DNA from: Bdellovibrionota bacterium
GTDB lineage: Bacteria > Bdellovibrionota_C > UBA2361 > JBIKWN01
NCBI GenBank assembly: GCA_044356295.1
Contig: JBIKWN010000002.1
Span: forward strand, 64,001 to 128,000
Direction of reading: 5' to 3'
Length of the DNA: 64,000 nucleotides
The translations under genes and the position numbers were made by a program. The notes under the pieces were generated by a model that saw only the letters and a program-made list of their open reading frames with translations, had not been told where the DNA came from and made no database searches. Shown one piece after another: positions 10,330 through 19,490 of the stretch. Position 1 is the stretch's first letter. The number at the start of each line of letters is the position of its first letter.

Positions 10330-11336
10330 TGAAGAAACATATTCTCATTAGTGACCCAAGCTTAAGAGACGGCAATCATGCCGTTCGACACAACCTTACA
10401 ACCAAACAGATTGCTGCTTACTGTGATGCTGCAGATCTTGCTGGTATTCCCATCATTGAAGTAGGTCATGGTAATGGATTAGGGGCATCGTCACTGCAAT
10501 TAGGGCTCAGTGTTACTGCAGATGAAGACATGATCACTGTTGCAAGAAAACACATTAAGAAATCGAAACTTGGAATATTTATGATTCCAGGGTTTGCAAC
10601 GATCAAACGTGACTTACAACCGGCTATTGAAAAGGGCATTGATGTCGTTCGAGTTGGCTCACACTGTACTGAAGCTGATACAACAAAAAATCATATAGAG
10701 TTTGCTAGAAATCAAGGTAAGGAAGTTTACGGTAATTTAATGATGTCCCATATGGCATCTCCTGACACATTGTTAACGGAAGTTTTAAAGATGCAATCAT
10801 ACGGAGCAATGGGCGTTGTACTTATGGACTCTGCAGGGGCTCTTCTTCCTGAGGAAGTCACTGCACGTATAAAAACGTTGGTTGAAGGATCGAAAATTTC
10901 TATCGGGTTTCATGCCCACAACAACTTAGGCATGGCGATTGCAAATTCAATTGCAGCTGTTTCTGCAGGTGCTACTATACTCGATGGCTGTTCGCGTGGA
11001 TTTGGAGCTGGGGCTGGCAACGCGCAACTTGAAGTGTTGGTCGCAGTGCTTGAAAAAATGGGATATCAAACTGGTATTGACCTCTATAAAGTCTTAGACC
11101 TCTCTGATCTTGCAGAAAAAACGCTTATGAAAGAGGTTCCAGCTGTGCGGCCGATTAGCATCGTTGGCGGTCTTGCAGGAGTAGTGTCTACATTTAATAA
11201 ACACGTTGAGCGCATAGCAGAACAATATAGTATTGATGCGAAAGACTTATTTTTTGAATTAGGAAAACGAAAAGTAGTTGCAGGTCAGGAAGATATTATT
11301 ATTGAAGTCGCACGAACATTAGCAATGGATCATTAA
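10329..11336 (+). CDS. mhpE: 4-hydroxy-2-oxovalerate aldolase, DmpG/MhpE family
   Basis: LRDGNHA, EVGHGNGLG, HCTEAD, GFHAHNNLG and VAGQEDII motifs. Confidence 0.92.
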   Translation: MKKHILISDPSLRDGNHAVRHNLTTKQIAAYCDAADLAGIPIIEVGHGNGLGASSLQLGLSVTADEDMITVARKHIKKSKLGIFMIPGFATIKRDLQPAIEKGIDVVRVGSHCTEADTTKNHIEFARNQGKEVYGNLMMSHMASPDTLLTEVLKMQSYGAMGVVLMDSAGALLPEEVTARIKTLVEGSKISIGFHAHNNLGMAIANSIAAVSAGATILDGCSRGFGAGAGNAQLEVLVAVLEKMGYQTGIDLYKVLDLSDLAEKTLMKEVPAVRPISIVGGLAGVVSTFNKHVERIAEQYSIDAKDLFFELGKRKVVAGQEDIIIEVARTLAMDH

Positions 11337-11351
11337 GATTTTGGAGAAAAT

Positions 11352-12134
11352 ATGGAACTAGGACTAAAAGGTAAAAAAGCAATCGTTACTGGAGGTGCAA
11401 CTGGGATTGGAAAAGCAATAGCACTTGCGCTTGCCCAAGAAGGAGTGAAAGTTGCAATTACTTCTAGAAAACAAGAAACCCTTGATAAGGCACTTCAAGA
11501 ATTAGGTGGCAAAGAGCTTGGACATGCAGCATTTCAATGTAATATTACAGATGAAGATGGCCCCACTAAACTTTGTGAAAAAATTATAAGTGACTTTGGA
11601 AATCCTGATATAGTTGTTAATAACGTTGGAGATACACTTGGCGTTACCGATCCATATTGCTCTATAGCAGAATGGCGAAAGATATTTCGATTGAATGTTG
11701 AAGTTCACGTTGAAATAAATAATTTCTTTATCCCATTTATGCGTTCACAACGATGGGGTCGCATTCTTAATATTTCCGCCGGTGCCTCACTAGAAAATAG
11801 TGGGCCAGTTCCCTACTGCTCTACCAAAGCTGCATTAACCGCTTATACAAGATCGATGGGGCGAATTCTTGCTCCAGACGGAGTCGTCATGTCAGTACTC
11901 CTTCCAGGAGTTGTCATTACTGAAGATGGTCATTGGGCAAACGTTTTAAAAACCCGCCCAGAACACGCTGAAAAATATCTGAAAGAAAGATGCCCTATGG
12001 GCAGATTTGGAACTGTTGATGAGATCAGCCCAATGGCAGTATTACTATGTTCTGAACTAGCATCATTTTGCGTAGGATCAATTGTTCCAGTCGAAGGTGG
12101 ACAAGCAAAGCACTTTTTTAATTATTCAGACTGA
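11352..12134 (+). CDS. Classical SDR oxidoreductase
   Basis: TGGATGIG, VNNVG, YCSTK and PMGRFG motifs. Confidence 0.9.
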   Translation: MELGLKGKKAIVTGGATGIGKAIALALAQEGVKVAITSRKQETLDKALQELGGKELGHAAFQCNITDEDGPTKLCEKIISDFGNPDIVVNNVGDTLGVTDPYCSIAEWRKIFRLNVEVHVEINNFFIPFMRSQRWGRILNISAGASLENSGPVPYCSTKAALTAYTRSMGRILAPDGVVMSVLLPGVVITEDGHWANVLKTRPEHAEKYLKERCPMGRFGTVDEISPMAVLLCSELASFCVGSIVPVEGGQAKHFFNYSD

Positions 12135-13906
12135 TGAAATTAACAGATTTTGTAGCACAAACACTTGGGGATCACGGCGTTAAGCATGTATTTGGACTGA
12201 CAGGTGGAGCCGTTGTTCATATTTTAGATTCCTTCTCTAAAGACCCACGAATTACAACTATCTTTCATCACCATGAACAAGCGGCTGCATTCGCTGCAGA
12301 AGCAAACGCAAAAGCTACAAATAATTTGGGAGTCTGTGCTGTAACAACAGGTCCAGGAGTTACGAATACATTAACTGGTCTCGCGGCTGCTTGGCTTGAT
12401 TCTGTCCCATGCATTTTCATTTCAGGACAAGCAAGAGTTGCTCACACAACAGTAGGTAAAAAGATTCGACAACTAGGAACACAACAGCTTGATGTTGTTC
12501 CATTGGTAAAACCGATGACAAAGTATGCAGTCATGGTTACCGTGGCCAACAATATAAAATATGAATTAACAAAAGCAATTCATATTGCAACCAGTGGTCG
12601 TCCTGGTCCGGTTTGGATTGATATCCCTCTTGATCTTCAATGGGCACAGATTGAACCAAATTTACTGACTGAATTTATTCCTGAAAAGATATCCACTTTC
12701 CCTTCAGAGGAACAAATTAATTCAGTCACAGCTCTTTTAGAAGGCGCAGCTCGTCCACTACTGGTTTTAGGAGCAGGTATCTGGAGAGCAAATGCAACTA
12801 AAATAGTGTCAGATCTTCAGTCAAAGCTTCAAATTCCTGTCGTTACTTCTTGGGGGGCTGTTGATGTAATTCCCCATTCAAATCCACTGTATCTAGGATG
12901 TCCGGGTCTTGCAGGAAATAGAGGAGCCAATCTTGCAGTTGCAAATGCTGATCTTATCCTAGCACTTGGAACTCATCTTTGTATTCCAATGACCGGGACA
13001 AGACTTGACCAGTTTGCAACCAATTCAAAAATTATCATCGTTGATATAGATCCCGATGAAACTGAAGATCGGGAATTCCCAATTGAATTAAAAATAAACT
13101 GCGATGTTGCTTCATTTCTAACAAAACTTACTCAAAAAACTATAACTACTTCAGTAGATCCAGAGTGGCTATCACTATCAAAAGAGTATAAAAAATTAAA
13201 TCTTCCTCCTGAACCTGAAAAAGAAATCATCAGCCCTTATGAGCTTGTTGAAGCTGTTTCAAATAATGCTCTTGCGGGCGATAACATTGTTGTCGATGGC
13301 GGAGGAACCAACGTCTACATCTCTTACCTCACCTTTTCAATCAAAGAAAACCAAAGGTTTATTCTTTCCACAGGACTTTGTTCAATGGGATCAGGGTTAC
13401 CTGAAGCTATTGGCGTATCGATGGGGAAAGACAGAAAAAGAACAATTGTCTTTTGTGGGGATGGCAGTTTTCAACTTAATATCCAAGAACTTCAAACGAT
13501 CAAACATCATAATCTTCCCATAAAGATTTTTATCTCAAATAACGAAGGTTATCTTTCAATTCGCCAAACACAAGGTGGTTTCCTTGAAGGTAACTATTTA
13601 GGGTCATCAAGTGTTGGTGGGCTGACACTTCCTGATTACGAAAAAGTCGTCACTGCTTACGGAATTCCTTTTATTCGAATAACTAAAAGATGCGATCTCA
13701 ATCAATCTATCCAGTATGCTATGAACCAAGAAGGTCCCTTTGTCTGTGAAATAATCACTGATCCAGATCAAGAATTAATCCCAAGACAAGGATTTGAGCA
13801 GCAAAAAGACGGTTCCTTTTCTCCCAGACCCTTAGAAGATATGGCACCTTTTATTGAAAGAGAACTGTTTGAAAAACTTATGATAGCAAAGAAAGTTCGA
13901 AAGTAA
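12134..13906 (+). CDS. ThDP-dependent acetolactate-synthase-like enzyme (YerE-like carboligase by context)
   Basis: HHEQAA, TTGPGVTN, SGRPGPVWIDIPLD and GDGSFQLNIQEL...NNEGY motifs; no ilvH/ilvC next to it. Confidence 0.88.
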   Translation: MKLTDFVAQTLGDHGVKHVFGLTGGAVVHILDSFSKDPRITTIFHHHEQAAAFAAEANAKATNNLGVCAVTTGPGVTNTLTGLAAAWLDSVPCIFISGQARVAHTTVGKKIRQLGTQQLDVVPLVKPMTKYAVMVTVANNIKYELTKAIHIATSGRPGPVWIDIPLDLQWAQIEPNLLTEFIPEKISTFPSEEQINSVTALLEGAARPLLVLGAGIWRANATKIVSDLQSKLQIPVVTSWGAVDVIPHSNPLYLGCPGLAGNRGANLAVANADLILALGTHLCIPMTGTRLDQFATNSKIIIVDIDPDETEDREFPIELKINCDVASFLTKLTQKTITTSVDPEWLSLSKEYKKLNLPPEPEKEIISPYELVEAVSNNALAGDNIVVDGGGTNVYISYLTFSIKENQRFILSTGLCSMGSGLPEAIGVSMGKDRKRTIVFCGDGSFQLNIQELQTIKHHNLPIKIFISNNEGYLSIRQTQGGFLEGNYLGSSSVGGLTLPDYEKVVTAYGIPFIRITKRCDLNQSIQYAMNQEGPFVCEIITDPDQELIPRQGFEQQKDGSFSPRPLEDMAPFIERELFEKLMIAKKVRK

Positions 13907-13909
13907 TGT

Positions 13910-14623
13910 ATGGCAGAAATAAATTTAGTTGATAGATATCCTACTTCAAAGCGTCCTATCGATGCTCGTGGAAGAATGAAACTTAACAATGGCGCTCGAA
14001 TTGAGCGTGCAAACTTTGATTCACGTGATGTTATTTTTGAACAAAAATTACTTTCAGCTGTTCGCTCTTTTGGATGGGAATATTTCGATGGTGATCGCCT
14101 CTATGGATATGGGGGCTATAATTATGACCCTAAGTATTGGCAGGGCACTGTAAAGCGCCTCTATGACCACTATCAATTAAATAATCAATCTAAAATCCTT
14201 GATGTTGGATGTGCAAAAGGTTTTTTACTCTATGACTTTGTTACACTTCATCCTGGTATCACCGTTAAAGGGCTCGATATTTCAGAGTATGCAATCTCTA
14301 ATGCAAAAAACGGGATAAAAGATCATTTATGTATTGGTAACGCCTCTTCACTACCCTTTCCTGATAATTCATTTGATTTAGTTGTTTCAATTAATACGGT
14401 ACACAGCCTAGAACGTGAAGCCTGCATTAAAGCAATCAAAGAGATTCAACGTGTTTCAAAGAAAAATGCATTTATAGTTGTAAATGCCTGGAGAAACGAT
14501 CTAGAAAAAGAAAAACTTCTAAAATGGAATATTGCAGCGCAAACGTATATGCACGTCGATGAATGGAAGCAGCTTTTCCAGGATATTGGATATACAGGTG
14601 ATTATTACTGGTTCTTCCCTTAA
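13910..14623 (+). CDS. Class I SAM-dependent methyltransferase (copy MT1)
   Basis: ILDVGCAKG, GLDISEYA and LPFPDNSFDLV motifs. Confidence 0.9.
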   Translation: MAEINLVDRYPTSKRPIDARGRMKLNNGARIERANFDSRDVIFEQKLLSAVRSFGWEYFDGDRLYGYGGYNYDPKYWQGTVKRLYDHYQLNNQSKILDVGCAKGFLLYDFVTLHPGITVKGLDISEYAISNAKNGIKDHLCIGNASSLPFPDNSFDLVVSINTVHSLEREACIKAIKEIQRVSKKNAFIVVNAWRNDLEKEKLLKWNIAAQTYMHVDEWKQLFQDIGYTGDYYWFFP

Positions 14624-14742
14624 TAACTACCTGTAATTACTGACTAAATCCCATCTAGCCTCTTTGTAAGAAAGAAGAAAATTTCACTTACGCTAAAGCA
14701 TCTTACTTAAGTAAGCAGAATCTCTGGCATTTCGTAAATAGT

Positions 14743-16143
14743 ATGTTCAATATAGAAACTGAAGCTTGGGATGCTACTCCTGAAGCTGTTCGCAATATCA
14801 TTATTAAAATAGCCGAGGAGCTCTCTGCTACGTATCACGTACTAGCGAGCGAGCGCGAAAATCAATCAAAAATAATTGAGGCGCAAATTGCTGAAAATAG
14901 CCACATGATTACTCAATTAAATGAGCAAATCGACATACTCAGGCAACAACATAATGAAGTACATATCTTTACATCAAAGCTTTCATCCGCTATCAAAAGG
15001 CACCGCTTCAACAATACAAAAAAAGAAAAACAAATTGTACTTGTCTCCGATAATCCAACGGCACGACTTGCAAAAATTGCTTATGGATTAACGCAAGCAG
15101 ATTGGGATGTAATATTACTTCATAAAAATAAACTTGAATTTGATAAATCTTTCTTCTCAACAATCTATCAGTATTCATCTGCAGAAGAGGCAGTGACACT
15201 TGCGGCACTTTTTAATCCAGTCACCTATCACGTTTTTTCAAGTTGGAGCTATGAAACAGCGATTCAGTTAATAGATGCCAACGTTGGTAAAATTACCTTT
15301 GATAACTATGATCAGTTTGGTGGCATGATGCTTCCGAAATGGAAGGACAATGAGTACTACATAAAATTAATAGATCAAGAAAAGTATTGCCTGGAAAATG
15401 CCACAGGCATTTGTAATAGAGCTTTGAGCCTTCAGCTAGCAAAAAAAGAATTACATTATAAAATAACAAAGAAACAGATATTTTTCCCTGACTACTGCTG
15501 GGATAAATCATTTGATTTAAAACCGAAACGAACTGACGGAATACATCTAGTCTTTCCGGGTACTTTTCCGATAGAGCAGTTCAATGCAAGCCCAAGTCTA
15601 GGTATTTTTGATAAAGAATTTATTGAGAGTCTTTCAGCTTGTAATATCCACTATCACCTCTATCCACCAATTAGCATGTACGGTGATGAAGAAGGTTTTA
15701 AAGCACGATATAAAGATTTTATTGAACTCAGCGAAGTTAATCCTTTTTTTCATATCCACCAATTTGTACCACCTGAAGAGCTCATATCAGAGATATCCCA
15801 ATATCACGTTGGTATATCATCACATTCAACACTCGCATTTCAAATAGGCGATAGCACCTATAATCCATCTGCAATGAAGTATTTCTGCGCAAATAAGGCT
15901 TTCGACTTTCTTGATGCAGGATTGGATGTAATCTTTGGAGCCTCTAAGTTGATGGAGTGGCTTCTGAAAAGAAATGTACATTGTCAGGGAGCTTTTTCAA
16001 ACGAGATTGCAATCCTACTTAAAAATAAGAGTATGAATGATTATACAGGGGATGACTTTAATACAAGAATATCTGAGGGTAGAAAGAAACTATCAGTGAA
16101 GAGAAATATCCCAAGACTAATTTCATTTTACGAATCTCTTTAG
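14743..16143 (+). CDS. Putative GT-B glycosyltransferase with N-terminal coiled coil (copy GT1)
   Basis: C-terminal EELISEISQYHVGI...ANKAFDFLDAGL resembles the GT4-type PNKLFEYLAAG motif; two paralogues lie downstream. Confidence 0.6.
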   Translation: MFNIETEAWDATPEAVRNIIIKIAEELSATYHVLASERENQSKIIEAQIAENSHMITQLNEQIDILRQQHNEVHIFTSKLSSAIKRHRFNNTKKEKQIVLVSDNPTARLAKIAYGLTQADWDVILLHKNKLEFDKSFFSTIYQYSSAEEAVTLAALFNPVTYHVFSSWSYETAIQLIDANVGKITFDNYDQFGGMMLPKWKDNEYYIKLIDQEKYCLENATGICNRALSLQLAKKELHYKITKKQIFFPDYCWDKSFDLKPKRTDGIHLVFPGTFPIEQFNASPSLGIFDKEFIESLSACNIHYHLYPPISMYGDEEGFKARYKDFIELSEVNPFFHIHQFVPPEELISEISQYHVGISSHSTLAFQIGDSTYNPSAMKYFCANKAFDFLDAGLDVIFGASKLMEWLLKRNVHCQGAFSNEIAILLKNKSMNDYTGDDFNTRISEGRKKLSVKRNIPRLISFYESL

Positions 16144-16197
16144 AGTTTTGAATTATTATCTAGTATTCTTTCCAACAGAAAGGAAATGTGTCCTTAC

Positions 16198-16243
16198 ATA
16201 AATCTTCTCGATCAATACCCACGCTCTAAAGCCCTATTGAAGA
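16198..16243 (+). pseudogene. 5' remnant of a methyltransferase copy
   Basis: ATAAATCTTCTCGATCAATACCCACGCTCTAAA-GCCCTATTGAAGA aligns with the start of 22606 (INLLDLYPRSKRPIEE) with a frameshift. Confidence 0.65.
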
Positions 16244-16486
16244 TTTTTGGGTTGTTTTAAATGAAATCATTCGATGCTCCTTTCCTAGTATAGAATTTCA
16301 TTGGCGTTTTTATTTTTTCCTACTCTTTCCTCGTTCAAGTATTTGAATTCATTGGAGTTTTTATTTTTCATACTCGTTATAGTAACTTTTAATTTGACGC
16401 ATACTGCAGAGGGTATTTCTTATTGCTCTTTGCTCCCTATTGATTCCATGATAAATCCTAATATCTATTATATTTAGTGAGACTTT

Positions 16487-17464
16487 GTGCAAGAATTTCA
16501 CCCTCAACTTCTATCCAATCAACATCAAATTTTAAGTAATGTGATTCCTGATGCCGTAATTGCAGATTGGCGCAACAAAGCGGACGCTGCATACGAATCA
16601 CTCTATGAGGATTATTTTAGTTCGAATTCCAAAGAGGCCTATTATTACAATAATTTTGGTCATACCTCTCCAATTGCACGCCTTGGAGCATGGCGAATGT
16701 TTGGTTCTACGATGTTCCGAGAATTGAAAAAAAACTTTTTAACCCCTTTTGGAGTGTCAAGCGAGCAATATTATTTTATGCCGCTTTTTTATCTACGATT
16801 TACTTTTCCTGAATTGTATGACAGCAGTCCAAATCATAAAAATGCTTTTCTTTGTTCACAACCTCATTATGATCGAGCATTTGGAATTCATGCCCGTACC
16901 TTTTGGGTTCCATTGATGGATGTGAGTGAAGCAACTGGTGGCATCTGTTTCTTCTACGATGAAGCAACAATCGAGATATTCTCTCCACAAAATGGAAAAA
17001 ATGCTTACAATTACACGAAGTATCTTGAGCACTATAATAACTTAGATCCAATATTGTCTCCTGAGTGCCAAGCACCACTTTTTCCTCTTGGTTCGGTTGC
17101 GACATTTAACTCGAATATTCTTCATGGCGCAAAAAAAGCAATTGGAGCATGGCGACGATCATTCGATTTTCGTATTTTTGACAGACCACAGTTCGAAAAA
17201 CTTGATGCACGCGTTAAAAAAATAGTCCGGTTGGTTAATTTAGATCCAGATATTTTAACAATTTTAAGTTTGGCATATTTTTGTGATGATGCTGGTGTTG
17301 AACGTGCATTGGCAGTAAAAGCAAAAAATGAAAGTTCTATATTAATTGAAAAAGCGCTCACTAAAATTCGTTCAGTACGCCCACTTTTTGATATCTGTAA
17401 CCCTTCCTCATTGATTCCATATCAATCCGAATATGAATGGGTCGATGCGGTTATAGAACCATAA
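16487..17464 (+). CDS. Putative 2OG-Fe(II) dioxygenase (PhyH-like)
   Basis: PHYD (HxD), FWVPL, LHGA and RRSFDFR motifs. Confidence 0.7.
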   Translation: MQEFHPQLLSNQHQILSNVIPDAVIADWRNKADAAYESLYEDYFSSNSKEAYYYNNFGHTSPIARLGAWRMFGSTMFRELKKNFLTPFGVSSEQYYFMPLFYLRFTFPELYDSSPNHKNAFLCSQPHYDRAFGIHARTFWVPLMDVSEATGGICFFYDEATIEIFSPQNGKNAYNYTKYLEHYNNLDPILSPECQAPLFPLGSVATFNSNILHGAKKAIGAWRRSFDFRIFDRPQFEKLDARVKKIVRLVNLDPDILTILSLAYFCDDAGVERALAVKAKNESSILIEKALTKIRSVRPLFDICNPSSLIPYQSEYEWVDAVIEP

Positions 17465-17473
17465 GGGCCTACA

Positions 17474-18478
17474 ATGAAAGTATTTACCCCACTTGGATAC
17501 ACTCTTTCAGAAGAGCAGAAGAATGACTGGATTGCACAGACTGATAAATTGACAGAGGCGTTCTTACAAATACACCCGGTGCACTATCGATTTTTGTTTC
17601 GAACTGAAGAATACCGAAAGTTTATCATTACCGACCGAGGAGATATTTCTACCTTTGTAACGCCGATGTGGCTTGAACATTATCACCAAGCCGAGAAATA
17701 TTTTTTATCTGAACAATATGACCTTTTCAATGATTCAGCGCTTCAATATGCATTTTTTCTTACCGCTGGAGGAGCCTGGTTAAATCAGGAAATTTCTTTT
17801 CTGGAATCACGTTGGCCACAAGAAGTTTTGAAATTATTTTTGCGAGAAGATCCTTTTTTTATTCCTCGCATCTCTTCATCATATTATCAGACATCAGAAA
17901 CGCTCGTGAACCATCTGACTCATCTAACGGTGTTTTCAGAAGCATGTCAAAAACCGATTCAACAATGGGGTACTACCGTTGAATTTGGAGGCGGGTATGG
18001 AAGTATGGCAAGGTTGTTATCACGTATTCAGGGTGGCGCTCCACGAACTCATATAATTATCGATCTACCAGTTTTTCTTTTTATTCAAGATTGCTATCTT
18101 AAAAACTGTCTAGATGGGTCCTCAGTTAATTTATGTGGAATAGACAGCGAAGAAATCATTCCTGGTAAAATTAATCTAGTATCGATTGCAGATACCAAGA
18201 CGCTCCAACGTATAAAAGAACATAATCCCTTTATGTTTATAGCTACTTGGAGCTTAAGTGAGGCAAATCAAGCTTCCGTTAAACGAATGCACGAGCTAGA
18301 TTACTTCGAATCCAAATTTATTAGTTTTGGGTATCGCCATTATGAAACAATGAATCCTCGACAACCTATGTCACACGCATTAACTGTTCCTCAGTGCTAT
18401 GAGACTATATGTAAGACGCCAGCTTTTTATGCCGGTGCGGCAGAACACTATTATTGGGTCAATGAACGAAAAGCATAA
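17474..18478 (+). CDS. Putative sugar O-methyltransferase
   Basis: VEFGGGYG, IIIDLP...IQ..YL and FIATWSLSE motifs typical of glycan-locus sugar O-methyltransferases. Confidence 0.7.
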   Translation: MKVFTPLGYTLSEEQKNDWIAQTDKLTEAFLQIHPVHYRFLFRTEEYRKFIITDRGDISTFVTPMWLEHYHQAEKYFLSEQYDLFNDSALQYAFFLTAGGAWLNQEISFLESRWPQEVLKLFLREDPFFIPRISSSYYQTSETLVNHLTHLTVFSEACQKPIQQWGTTVEFGGGYGSMARLLSRIQGGAPRTHIIIDLPVFLFIQDCYLKNCLDGSSVNLCGIDSEEIIPGKINLVSIADTKTLQRIKEHNPFMFIATWSLSEANQASVKRMHELDYFESKFISFGYRHYETMNPRQPMSHALTVPQCYETICKTPAFYAGAAEHYYWVNERKA

Positions 18479-18845
18479 TCGTAAGAAAAAACTGGTACAT
18501 GCTGATAGCCCTTAAGTTTTTTTACTGCTTTGCGAAATCATTAGATATAAGTTCCATATACTAACGAATAGTATTTCATATTATATTTGTAAAAAGTTCT
18601 TTTCTTTTTTCGTCATATTCATTTAAACATCCGATCACTTCATCTTTTGGTTTTGCTTTTCGACACTGCAATGCTTGCGTTATGCTTTCTCTCCATATAA
18701 ATGACTTGAGCAACACATGTATTGGTGACGATTGGGCCATATACGCACGTGCAAAAGTATCCACTGGAAGTATGATATTGGAGATTTGTGACTACTTCTG
18801 GAATAGTTTCTATAAGAGGTAGTGAACGAAAAAAGAATGTTTTCA

Positions 18846-19175
18846 AGCGGTACCGTGAAAATCATCGCCTTTGTTCAAGGTCCAAAAGAAGTAAAAAGCA
18901 TTCTCATATCAGTAGGCCTTCCGGACTTTGAATCCCTGGTGCAGTTGAACACCACAGGGTAGCTCTATCCAAAAATTCCAAATATGATCCAATGAAGATT
19001 CTTCTGGGAAGGATATTGCGGCATTTCGCCCCAGTTAGCCATTGTTCAAGGGACAACTTTAACTCTCATTAATCCAATAGCAATGAACTCCGTGCTAATG
19101 AGGCTTCGAAAAAAATATGGAGTGGTCTCTTTAAGCGTTCCAAATCAATTCTTTAGGCATCTATTTTTCCTACCC
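18846..19175 (+). mobile_element. Remnant of an IS91/ISCR-like rolling-circle element (transposase C-terminus and oriIS-like end)
   Basis: 18846-18962 translates SGTVKIIAFVQGPKEVKSILISVGLP, like IS91-family C-termini; ATTTTTCCTACCC at 19163-19175 resembles oriIS ends and abuts the methyltransferase remnant. Confidence 0.5.
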
Positions 19176-19177
19176 TT

Positions 19178-19370
19178 GAGGTTCAACGAGTATCAAAAAA
19201 AGATTTATTTATAGTTATAAATGTCTGACCAGACGATCAAGGTAAAGATAAAGGGATATTGTTCAAGTGGAATATAACTGCTCATACATTTTATGCATGC
19301 TGATGAATGGAAACAGCATTTTTTAGGTTATTGGATATACTGGCGATTATTATTGGTTTTTTCCGACTAA
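19178..19370 (+). pseudogene. 3' remnant of a methyltransferase copy
   Basis: Aligns with the 3' end of 13910-14623 (EVQRVSKK..FIV.N...KWNI.A..MHADEWKQ...IGYTGDYYWFFP) with stops and frameshifts. Confidence 0.8.
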
Positions 19371-19490
19371 CTAGCAGATTTTATTCAAGTAGTTTGAGCT
19401 CTTAGTTATTCTAAAAAAAGGAAAATCTTGGCTCTTTCTATGCATCTTATAAGACTTAGTCGAAGCGTCGTGAATCTTCAAAAAATTACT

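Noticed and set aside
6202..13906. Central pyruvate dehydrogenase, aromatic catabolism or branched-chain amino acid synthesis
   Set aside because: No E2/E3, no upper meta-pathway genes and no ilvH/ilvC; the context is nucleotide-sugar biosynthesis
18576..18865. Three short minus-strand ORFs
   Set aside because: Overlapping, motif-free and within a decayed region; cannot be supported as genes
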